From contig NC_086097.1 of NCBI RefSeq assembly GCF_963921235.1, positions 59,088,001-59,152,000 of the forward strand: a DNA stretch of 64,000 bases, read 5' to 3'. The stretch is from Mobula hypostoma (Eukaryota). How positions within the stretch are numbered: position 1 is the stretch's first letter; every line of letters begins with the position of its first letter. The notes under the pieces are model-generated. The model had not been told where the DNA came from, ran no database searches, and saw only the letters and a list, made by a program, of their open reading frames with translations. The position numbers and the translations under genes are program-made. Shown piece after piece: positions 25,741 to 36,498 of the stretch.

Positions 25741-27402
25741 ACTTTGGTAGTCAGAAAAAGCATAGGTAAAATACAGCAGCCAAAAATATAAATGATATCT
25801 CACTTGCTGGATGCAATGCAGTGAAAATAAGGAAAATTAAAAGATAGCCTTGGGAAAAGAAAATTAGGTTGAATAGTCCTGGACAAGAATAAGAACCCAA
25901 AGCACATGAGGCACTGAAGGAGTATAACACTTATCCGTTGACTTGATGTTACCCTAGCCAACTTTAAACAGTAGGAGTATTATAAGCTAGTTTCCAAAGT
26001 AACGAGCAAGGTACAGTATATCACCACTTTTAGATATCAGTGCCCTTCCACCATATTTTTCATGGTTAGCTCAAAACCATGAAATATATTGTGGAAGGGC
26101 ACTAATATTTAAATATATTCTCTCTAATTCATTCAATTTACAAGGCTGTTGGTCCCATGCTTGGCATCCTCCTTCTATGGTTGATCCTAAGTTTCCTGTT
26201 GCCTACCATTTTAATTCTCCACCCTAGTTCCAGTCTGTTTGCTCCTCCTTTGACCTCCTACACAATTCCACTAAAAGCCAACATAAGCTTCAGCAACAGG
26301 TCTCTGCCAAAGCACTTTGCAAACCTCGGGAGTTATAACTGAATTCAAAAATTTCTAATAACCAGCATTTCCTGCTAATGTCAGAACCTAACAGCTCTGA
26401 TGCAAAGTGATATACCTGCAATATTAATTCAGATTTCTCTTCTCACCACAGATGCTACTTGATCTTCTGAGTATTTCAGATGTTTAGTTTGGATTTCCTG
26501 CATCTGCTAGATCTGTCACAATTCCAACAAGTTTCCTTTCTAATTCCCCTAATTCATCTTCCATTATTTATACTCCTGTATACAAAATCAGCTGTAACTA
26601 ATGTATAATTTTTCCTTCCTTAGACACCACTGGAATATCACAAACAGTTCCTTGTACCTTCCATCCAACCAAAAACTTAAAACATGTTTATATTTTTTAG
26701 AATTCCAGGTCCAGTGAAGGGTCCTTAAACTGAAACTCTGTCTCTTTACAAATGACTTGTTTGGTTATTTTCTAATTTTAGCCTAAAGAATGCTACTAGT
26801 TCTCAGGAGTTTCTTCTGTTCTATTTCAAACCTTAATTCTGGCCTCTAACAGAGATTATTTAGAGTGATCATATTAGCTATTTGACATTAGTATGCAATA
26901 ACTAATATTACAAGCCATTATTATATTTGTTAAAGGGAAAGCTGTCTGGCTGTCCCTCATCGTTGTTTTTTCTCAGGGTGCATTTGAACCAATAATCACT
27001 TGATCTTGGGTACAATGTAAACTGGCATTGGGGTGAACTACAGAGCTATATGCTCTTGGCAACCTTAAATTCAGCAAGTGGCCGGACGTAGAAAGCATGC
27101 TCATGTTCATAATCTGGCAACTTCATCTAACCTTACATGAAACAAGACTTGTCAAAGGTGAAATGGGATATTTTATGTAAAGTATGAATTCTAAATTATC
27201 AGAACAGTTGAAAAATGAATCATAAATCTGAATGATAAGAATGTTTATCATTTCTTCTCCATTTTAAAGGATGTGGATTTTTAACAAACATTTAGATATT
27301 TGCAGCCAGGTTTTGTTGTATTGTTTTGCATAAGTTTTAATAGCTCACATTTTCAATTATTTAATTATTTATTAGCTGTTGTGCTTAATACACAATTTCA
27401 AC

Positions 27403-27620
27403 ATGATAATGACCAGATAATCTGTTTTTAGTGATGCTAGTCGAGGGATCAATAGTGTGGAAGGCACAAAGAATAACTTTGTTCTTCATCAAAATAGTGC
27501 CATGGGATCTGTTACATTCACTTCAGAGATCAAAGGATGTTTGGGAGATGTTCAAACAATAGCGCAGCATTTGCTCAGCCTACACTGATATGGCAGCCAG
27601 AATTCTATGCACCGGAGTTG
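27403..27620 (-). mobile_element. Deu-domain SINE (SacSINE1/AmnSINE-like) relic
   Basis: Minus strand GTGAATGTAACAGATCCCATGGCACTATTTTGATGAAGAAC matches the recalled Deu core. Confidence 0.65.
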
Positions 27621-28655
27621 AAGGTACATAACATTCTTTGTTTTTATACTTCCTTGTTGAACAAATTTATTCCGCAAAATTGTTCGAATGCTTGTTACAT
27701 ACAAAGATAGTAACATTCCAAAACCAGTGCAGGAAGCTAGATGTGCAGTAAATCTTGGGTGGCTAACAGAACCAGAAATCAATATCCAACACCTCTGTTA
27801 TTCTTCAAAAAGCTGCAGGCATTTATATCGCTTTGTAAAAGCTCACTGCAGTTGGGAACAGGTCACCTGACCATCCATGCCTCTACAGTTAGAGAAGGCC
27901 CTGGGGACAAACTAGAGGGATTCAATGTTTGATAGATAACAGAAGAAATGTTCAAAAAGTTGCAACGGCTCAAAGTTCGGAAAAAAAACTTCCTGTGACT
28001 GATAATCGTCCATAGGTACCTTTGTTGAAATAATGGAAGATTGTGGATGTTTGTTGGATCTTTCCTACAGTCTTCCAGTATTTTTTAAAATTGATAACTT
28101 CCATTGTAAAATCTATTAAATTCTTTATTTTTTTTTGACAAGGTAAATGAATATCACTTTTGGTAATTATGAGATGGTGACCAAATAGTGAGAGAGCATA
28201 ATGTTGCTATATGACTTTGATTCATGAAATGGATTAATGAAAAGAACATATAACCTGTCAATCTCAATACGTTTGTGTTTATCAAGTAGCCACTGAACTG
28301 AACTAAACATCCTATTAGGGTGTACTGAACAATGGAGGTGAGTACTCAACCCTCCTAACTGAAGAGTACAATAGCCCAAAAGATTATGGAAACAGAATAC
28401 CGATACAGAACAAGTGAGAATATATTATCCTTGTTCACTGTTCTGAAAACCGAGAAACGGTTGGAAAAGATAATGGCACAATAGCTAAATTAATAATACC
28501 TAAAATGCATACTTCCTTATTTTCTTTCTTCAAGTTGGGAAGGAGTTTAGCAAAAGAGCCCCAGATTTCAGTTATGAACACATGGAGATCTAGTCATGGC
28601 TAACTTAGTTACAAAAAATAATGACAGCTGACAACCAGGAAACAATTGTTCTTAC

Positions 28656-28760
28656 CTGCTGAACACATAACTTTTAAACAAGGTGATAAGGAACCTAGGA
28701 GTAGTTAGCTGGGAGTCAGTACCAGTCAAATAGCTCTTAACGTATAATATTCGTTGTAGC
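28656..28760 (-). other. Candidate 105-nt symmetric coding exon of an unidentified gene
   Basis: tctctaagctttctcag|G ... CAG|gtaaga. Length divisible by 3 and only one frame open: LQRILYVKSYLTGTDSQLTTPRFLITLFKSYVFS. No family recognised. Confidence 0.35.
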
Positions 28761-28999
28761 CTGAGAAAGCTTAGAGACCAGCTTAAGGAGTCTTTAATGG
28801 TGATGTATCTGTCAGGATTAGTTACAAATGGAGGCAATAGGCTACCTACTGTATATTCCCTGTTACTAGCCAAGCCCCATTCATGTTCCTTAAAATTCAA
28901 GTCATGTTATATCAGATTTGCATTAACAAGCAAAATTTACAAACTTTGCAGTTGCCCATTGCTGACTAAAGAACAATTAGGGAAAGATATAAATAAGTA

Positions 29000-29312
29000 A
29001 GACTACAATGATCATTAGGCCATTTGGCCCATTGAATCTAGTCCACTATTCAATCATGACTGATTTATTTTTCCCTCCAAACCCCATTTTTCTGAATCCT
29101 CCCTATGAACTTGACACCCTCACTAATCAAGAAACTATCAGCCTCCACTTTAAATATACTCAATGACTTGGCCTCCACAGCAGTCTGTGACAACGAATTC
29201 CCCAGATTCACTATCCTCAGGCTAATAAAATTTTTCCTCATCTCTGTTCTTTCTAAAGGGACATATTTCTATTCTGAGGTTGTGCCCTCTGTTCCTAGAC
29301 TCTCCTACTATT
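29000..29312 (-). mobile_element. CR1 3' end fragment
   Basis: Similar to 59640-59960 and 56360-56640. Confidence 0.75.
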
Positions 29313-29584
29313 GGTGTTACATTTAAATTTCAACTGTAATAACAGTGGCCACATCCCACTGTAAATCTGCGTAACATTTACTGGACAGGTTGTAAATACT
29401 ATCCTTTTTTAACCTCAGTAAACCATTAGACTACTGTTTTAGAAAATCTCAGGATGTGTTCATTAAAAAATATTGATTTTCCATGTCCTCTATTTCATTT
29501 GCAGATAAATTGCACATGAATTGGTTTAAAAGAAACAATTTAATTTCAATCTTATTGAAAAGAATTGACCAAGGTGAGGATAAG

Positions 29585-29860
29585 CAACTGCCATTAACTA
29601 GGATGCTATACTTAAGTCTATCACCTCTACTGGGGATAGGCAGCCAACAGCAGCTCACCAGAGTCCCCTGTCCTGGGACAGTCCTTCAAGGTATCCCCAC
29701 ATGTAGGCCGTCAAATATCCCTCCTCTCCCAGGAATGAAATCTGTGGAGCTGCCTTTGGCATTTCAGTAGCCCTGGATTCTTATGGGAATGGGTTGCAAG
29801 CCCCATGCCTACCCCCTCCTTTCATCATCGGGTTTGGGACTGTCCACAATGAGTTACTAG
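29585..29860 (-). mobile_element. RTE-tailed non-autonomous element/SINE
   Basis: Minus-strand end CCCAGGACAGGGGACTCTGGTGAGCTGCTGTTGGCTGCCTATCCCC...GACTTAAGT resembles RTE 3' tails. Confidence 0.45.
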
Positions 29861-30117
29861 AATGCTATAGACAGCCTTTATTAACAGCAAATCAACCATC
29901 TACCCCCCATCCCCTACCTCCGTCAAAGAGCTGTGGTATTTCATTTCATTGATGATTTAAAAATCTCATGCCCCATTTGCCCCTTGAGGTCCTGGCCTTT
30001 AGAAACTGATATCCTCACTTTCCACTTGGCGAAAAGTCTCTGGTCAAAAACTCCCGTGACTTCTTTCTCACACTGGTCGTTGCTTAACTCAGTTCTTTTG
30101 AACTGGAACAATCAAGA

Positions 30118-31262
30118 GAAGGAATCAAAGTAAGAATTGGCTTTATTTTCACTGGTATGTGTCATGAAATTTATTAATTTAACAGCAACAGTTCAATGCA
30201 ATACATGATAATATCAAAAGAAAGGAAATAAATAAGCAAATCAATTACAGTATATGTATAGATTAAAATAGTGCAAAAACAGAAATAATATATATTTAAA
30301 AAGTGAGAGAGTGTTTATGGGTTCAATTTCTGTTTAGGAATCAGATGGCAGAGGGGAAGAAGCTGTTCCAGAATCATTGAGTGTGTGCCTACAGGCTTCT
30401 GTGCCTCCTACCTGATGGTAACAACGAGAAAAAGGCATGCCTTGGGTGATGGGGGTCCTAAATAATGGACATCGCCTTTCTGAGGTACTGGTCCTTGAAG
30501 GTGTCTTGGGTGCTATGGAGGCTAGTACCCAAGATGGAGCTGACTAACATTACGACTTTCTGCAGCTTCTTTTGGTCCTGTGCAGTAGCACCCCCCACCA
30601 CCACCCCCCCCCCCGTACCAGAGAGTGATGTGTCCTGTCAGAATGCTCTCCACAGAACATCAATAGAAGTTTTTGAATGTTTTATGAAATATAGTCACTG
30701 TCTTGTCTCCCTTATAGCTGCAGCGATATGTTGGAACCAGGATAGATCCTCAGAGATCTTGACAGCCAGGAATTTGAAATTGCTCACTCTCTCCACTTCT
30801 GATCCCTCTAAGAATAGGTTTGTGTTCCATCGTCTTACCCTTCCTGAAGTCCACAATCAGCTCTTTCGTCTTACTGACATTGAGTAAAGGTTGTTGCTGT
30901 GACACTACTTAACTAGTTGGTACGTCTTACGCCCTCTCATCTCCATCTGAGTTCTTACCAACAATGGTGTTAAACGCTGAACTCTAGACAACAAACAGCA
31001 TCCTGACAATGGTGTTTATATTGTTCAGGTGATCTAAGCCTGTGTGACGAGCCATTGAGATTGTGTCTGTTGTAGACCTTCTGTGGCGATAGGCAAATTG
31101 CGGTGGGTCCAGATCCTTGCTGAGTTAGGAGTTCATTCTAGCCATGACCAGCCTCTCAAAGCATTTTGTCACCATAGCTGTGAGTGCTATTGAACAATAG
31201 TCAATAAGGCAGCTCAAACTACTCTTCTTAGGCACTGGTATAATTGTTGCCGTTTTGAAGGG
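30118..31262 (-). mobile_element. Rex1/Babar 3' fragment (RT domain to tail)
   Basis: Reverse-complement similarity to the RT of 13081-16252 (QFAYRH, LFVV*SSAFNTI). Same subfamily as 54800-55187. Confidence 0.8.
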
Positions 31263-31279
31263 CACAAACACATGAAGGT

Positions 31280-31635
31280 TATGCTAGTAGAGAGACACCT
31301 GGAGTTCAGACCATTGATACAAAGGCACAACGTTGAACCCCAGCATTGAATCTGGGGATCTTAAATTCAAATAATTAAATTGGAGTTCAAGAAAACCATA
31401 TCTCAGTAACACAGTAATCATGAAACTATGTCATGAAGAAAATCAGAAAACATCAGGTTAGCTAATTTCCTCCAGTGAAAGAAATCTGTCATCCTTATCT
31501 GATATAGTCTCCATGTGACTCCAGACACAAAATGCTGCTGACATTTCACCGCCTCCAGAATTCAGGGAATAGTATGCATGGACAATAAATGCTGGTGTTC
31601 CCAGCAACATTCGCAATATGTGAATTCAGTAAAAT
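31280..31635 (+). mobile_element. SINE with Meta-domain-like core
   Basis: GAAAGAAATCTGTCATCCTTATCTGATATAGTCTCCATGTGACTCCAGAC core and GGACAATAAATGCTGG tail. Domain name is from memory of consensus. Confidence 0.55.
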
Positions 31636-31708
31636 AACTAAATATCTTGAAAAAATAATCTGCTAGCCGCTGTAATCATATTACCCTGACCGCCACGCTA
31701 CCATGCCA

Positions 31709-31950
31709 AGACGACACAGTAGTGTAGGGGGTTGGTGTAACCTATTGCAGTGCTAGTGCCCTGGGTTCAATTCCCACCGCTGTCTGAATAGAGCTTTCTA
31801 CATTTTCCCTATGATGATATGGATTTCCTCCAGTTTCCTCCCTTAATCCATTAGTGTATGGGTAGTAGGTTAAATGGTCACATGGGTGTAATTAGGAGTT
31901 ACAGGTCATTGGTGCATACCGTGGTGTATCTCTAAACAAATAAATAAAAA
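31709..31950 (+). mobile_element. V-SINE (tRNA head plus V domain)
   Basis: Head with GGGTTCAATTCCC B-box, then GGATTTCCTCCAGTTTCCTCCC, a collapsed V-domain repeat, and an A-rich tail. Confidence 0.7.
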
Positions 31951-33253
31951 TTCCTTGCAGATTGTCAATTGACCAGGCCTAATGTTTTGTTAAAATTAAT
32001 AAACAGCAGAAGAAAATTTATAATGAATATTAATACAACTAAATTTGTAAAATGCCAGCTGAACACATCTCATGTTTCAAAAGTACACTAAACAAATGAC
32101 AAGCTCATACTAAAAGCACCATTATTTTAATTGCGGTGCTCTGACTCATGCCAGAGTTTCATTAAAACATTATTAAGAAGGAACAATTAGAAGCAGCATG
32201 ATATTGCATACTCATAGACAATACTAATTTCTCACTCTAACCTTTGCACAACATACAACAGTTATTCACCCAAACCAATAGAGCAGCTTGTGGATTCATA
32301 GATTACGTAAAGCAGTTTATCACTAGCAATCAATAGGCAGAGTAGTAAAGCAGCAATACTATAATTTACTTCCTCTACCTTAGAAAAATAGGATTGCTTT
32401 AGGGTGTTTTAAATATTGTTCATTTTAATAGAATGAAACGGAAGTGAGATAATTTCCTGTTAGTTCAATTATTTTTCTAGCAAAATAAGATGTTTATATA
32501 GTTGAAAATAAATGCTCATATTGATTATTCTGTGTCTATCAGTCCAATTTAAAAAAAAATTCAAGAACTCCTTAATAAATGTTTAGACGTACGTAATCTA
32601 TTGAAGGATGTGAAATTTTGAATTTGTACTTATGCATGTCCTTAAAACATTTTTCACTTATTAAAATTGCTGAATGCAAAATAATTATTGATGCAAATTG
32701 ACATGTTTAATGATAAAGTGGAAGCCATCTGGAAATGAATACACTCTCCATCTGCCCTTTCATATCATTCCTTTGTGCTTGCAACCGGTTTCCTCAGATG
32801 GAGTAGATGAAGTGGTTGCAATGTGTGGCTGGAGGTAGCTAGTTTGGGATAGGTGATAAGTTAAGGAATTTATTTCTAGAATGATAGTTGCTGAGTATTT
32901 AACTCTCTCTTGGCCTAGTCAGGAGCAGACATCTAATGTTATGACCTGAAATATTGTTGTAACTTATGGAATTATGGAGACTTTATGGCGTATCGGAAAA
33001 CCATTTGCCAGTTTTATCCATCTATGATAATATGAGGGAGATACACCTCTCATATCAAAGTATTTGGTTGCTTTTAAGGAAACCATGAAAATATACTTTG
33101 TAGGGAACTTTTGTCATTAATTTCACATAAGCCAGTTGAAAACTCCTACATTTGAATTCAGTCCAATTCTTGTGCAGGAAATATGCCTGAAACTCCCAAG
33201 TTCAAATAACAAAAAACCCCAAAACTTCAGGTGGTCTGTTGTGCATAACTGTA

Positions 33254-33772
33254 GTTCAAAAGTTTGAAGTTCAAAGTATACTTATAATTGAAGTACGTAT
33301 ATGTCACCAAGTAGTAGATACATTTTCCTGCAGGCAGTAGAAAAAAGAAATACAATAGAGTCAATGAAAAACTACACCAATAGACTGACAAGCAACCAAT
33401 GTGCCAAAGAACATCTGCAAATACCAAAAAAAAACATAAATACATAAATAATACTTAGAACATGAGTTGTAGAGTCATTGAAAGTGAGTCCATAGGTTGC
33501 GATCAGTGATCAGTTCAGAGTTGTGATGAATGAAGTTGTCCACGCTGGTTCAAGAGCCTGATGGTTGAAGAGTAATAACTGCTCCCTGAATCTGGTAGCG
33601 TGGGACCAAAGCTTCTTGTGCCTCCTTCCTGTTGGTAGCAGTGAGAATAGAGCATGGCCTGCATTATGGGGGTCATTGATGATGGATTCTGCTTTCTTCT
33701 GGCAGTGTTCTCTGTATGTGTTCTCAATGGAGCAGAGGACTTCCCTGTGATGGATTGGGCTGTATCCTCCAC
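33254..33772 (-). mobile_element. Rex1/Babar 3' stub
   Basis: ORF 33515-33772 (TAQSITG...STIRLLN) and GTTCAAAGT-type tail. Confidence 0.8.
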
Positions 33773-34768
33773 TTCCCTAGATCTATTTCTAGTTAATCAT
33801 ACTTCACAAATACTCATCTTTGGTAAAAACAAAACAAAACAAAAAATGTTTGCATAAAAAGCAGAAACTCCACGAGTTATGTTAATCAACTGGTTATGCC
33901 AACGAGAAAAATCATCTAATATAAATTGTCTACGCTTATGTTGCAATAATGATTATTTCAAAAGTAGTCATTATTTGTGAATTGCTTTGAGACTGAGTAC
34001 ATGAAATATAAATATTCTTTCTACTGTATGACTACCTTACATAGTTCATATTTATTTACATGCGAGTATGTTACATTAATTCTGTTACATGCTTGAATAT
34101 AGTTTTTTCTATTTTTAGAAATAGCATCCTTCATCCTTATTAACAAGTCTGTAATACATTTACTAATAACCAATGCTATTGCTATAGAACCAGTACAGAA
34201 CATGTGTGAATTTTGACATTATTTCAGTGCCTGCTGAAAACATCTTTGGGTGTGTAATTGCTTGGTGACAGTCTCTGAAGATCAATGCAGACTAATAAAA
34301 ATGTACAATTGAAAGCATAAAATTATTTTTCTAGAAGATAAAAAGAAAAAAAATTGACAGCATCCAAAATAAGCTTCTTCAGTCAGCAGTACCACAGCAG
34401 GTCGATGAAGTTTAAGATGGGGATTAGATGTTTTCTAACTGACTGGCACAATTGGCTCGAGGGACTCAACAGCCTATTATATTGCAATATTGCTTATTTG
34501 ATGTCCATCAGCTGAACTGTTCAGGATGGTTTGAAGGTAGTTCTTTAATCTATTTTAAAGTACTTCATATGCAGAGTACGGTACTTGCTTCACAACTTAT
34601 AATTAAGCTCCCCCTTTAGCTAATTTTGAGCATACCAATTTGAATAAACAATTTAAAGTAAAAATAATTAACATGTTAAGTTAGACTTGCCAACAAATTC
34701 CCTCTATCAGGCATGTTCACCTTTAATCCTGTTGCAGATTGAACAGCTTTGCACCAGACATGAGTGTA

Positions 34769-35324
34769 CACTCAGTGGCCACTTTATTAGGTACACCTGC
34801 ACAACTGCTCATTAATGCAAATATCTAATCTGCCAATCATGTGGCAGCAACTCAATGCATAAAACCATGCAGACATGATCAAGAGGTTCAGTTGTTGTTC
34901 AGACCGAACATCAGAATGGTGAAGAAGTCTGATCTAAGTGACTTTGACCGTGGAATAATTGTTGCTGCTAGGTGGGAGTGGTTTGAGTATCTCAGGAACT
35001 GTTGATTTCCTGAGATTTTCTCACACAACGATGTCAAAGTCTACAGAGAATGGTGCGAGAAACGAGAGTGGCAGTTCCGTGGACAAAAGCACCTTGTTAC
35101 TGAGAGAGTTCAGAGGAGGATAGCCAGATTGGTTCAAGCTGACAGGAAGGTGACAGTAACTCAGATAACCATGCATTACAACAGTACGTGCAGAATAGCA
35201 TCTCTGGACGCACAACACTTTGAACCTTGAAGAGGATAGGTTACAACAGCTAGCATACACAAGCATACACCTAGTGGGAACTTTATTAGATACTTCCTGT
35301 ATCCAATAATGTGACTACTGTGTG
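34769..35324 (+). mobile_element. Internally deleted Tc1/mariner element
   Basis: TA|CACTCAGTGGCCACTTTATTAGGTACA ... TGTATCCAATAATGTGACTACTGTGTG|TA imperfect TIRs with TA flanks. Encodes the transposase N-terminus MVKKSDLSDFDRGIIVAAR...RRIARLVQADRKVTVTQIT; no DDE domain. Confidence 0.88.
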
Positions 35325-35359
35325 TATAATAGTTATCACCATCAACTCACATTCTTAGC

Positions 35360-35722
35360 CCCATGCCAGTAGACTCTGAGGTCAAACCCCAGTTCAGAAA
35401 ATGGAGCCCAACATTCAGGTTGGCGCTTCAGTGCAGTACTAAGTGAAGATTGCATTATCGGTGGTGACTTCATGTGAAAGAAGTATCAAACCAGGTCTTT
35501 CAACCACTGCCTCAGATGGACATAAAGACATCACTTTGTAGAAGGACTAAAGATTGCTCCCTCATGCCCTAGCTATCATTTTGCCATTAACTAATGATAG
35601 AGATAAATACCCATTTACACTTGTCATATAGCTGCCATGTTTTCTCTATTAAAATACTTCAAAATGTTACATTTGTGACTAATTGTTTTATGAAGTCCAT
35701 AAAAATTGTCTGAAATGTTAGT
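35360..35722 (+). mobile_element. Deu-domain SINE relic
   Basis: TTCAGTGCAGTACTAAGTGAAGATTGCATTATCGGTGGTG...CTCAGATGGACATAAAGAC resembles the SacSINE1/AmnSINE body. Confidence 0.6.
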
Positions 35723-36339
35723 TAGCTTTCATATAAGACAATGTGATATTTTTTACTTTCAGCAATTAACTCTGGAAGCATGATATGAAACACTTTTGAG
35801 AGATTCAGTGCCAGAGGTTGTGAAATGAAAGCAACAATATATATGTTTATTTTTAGGGTCGGAAATATTTAGCAATGCTGCAGACAATATGGGAGACTAC
35901 AGGACCTGAATCGAACAGTGCAGTTATTTCTTGCAGAGAAGCATCTTTTAAATCCTTTTCATGGAAAAAAAACAGTAAACATCCCCAAGGGATAATGGTT
36001 CAGCTGGATAGACCTAGAAAGTCAATGACACAGAAACAATGTGCTAAAATTCCTCTGTGCAAACCTGCAGTAGTTTGTCTTGTGTGCTTAGCGGGTGCCA
36101 TTCATGATGTGTTCTCATTACCAAAAGTTAAGCACAAGTGGTTTTAAGTGGCTTGACATATACAGTATGCTGAAATTATCTGTGGCAATTCAGGTCACAC
36201 CAGTTCTACTTGAGAGGTAAGCTTTGAATCCAGCTACTAGTGGAAATCATTGTGTTATTTAGGGAACACTGACAATAGTGGCATGACAGGCCCAGAGATA
36301 GGCATCCCATTTCTCTAAAGCCGGTCTCAAAAATAATCA

Positions 36340-36498
36340 GTGCTGAAAGGATGGTCACAGGTCCTGATGTACGGTTTCGGCCAAAAACACTGGCTCTTCA
36401 TTACCTCTCCATAGATGCTGCCCAACCTGCTGAGTTCCCTCAGCATGGTTGTGTGTGTTATGCTGGATTTCCAGCATCCACAGAAACTCTTGTGTTTG
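36340..36498 (+). mobile_element. Penelope-like terminal repeat relic
   Basis: GTCCTGATGTACGGTTTCGGCCAAAAAC, then ATAGATGCTGCCCAACCTGCTGAGTTCC...GATTTCCAGCATC. Confidence 0.72.

Noticed and set aside
27552..27932. Cluster of three overlapping short ORFs
   Set aside because: No splice-consistent open frame or recognisable domain; partly overlaps a SINE relic.
35857..36216. Plus-strand acceptor, 90-aa ORF and downstream GAG|gtaagc donor
   Set aside because: The stop lies well before the donor and the peptide is unrecognisable; insufficient support.
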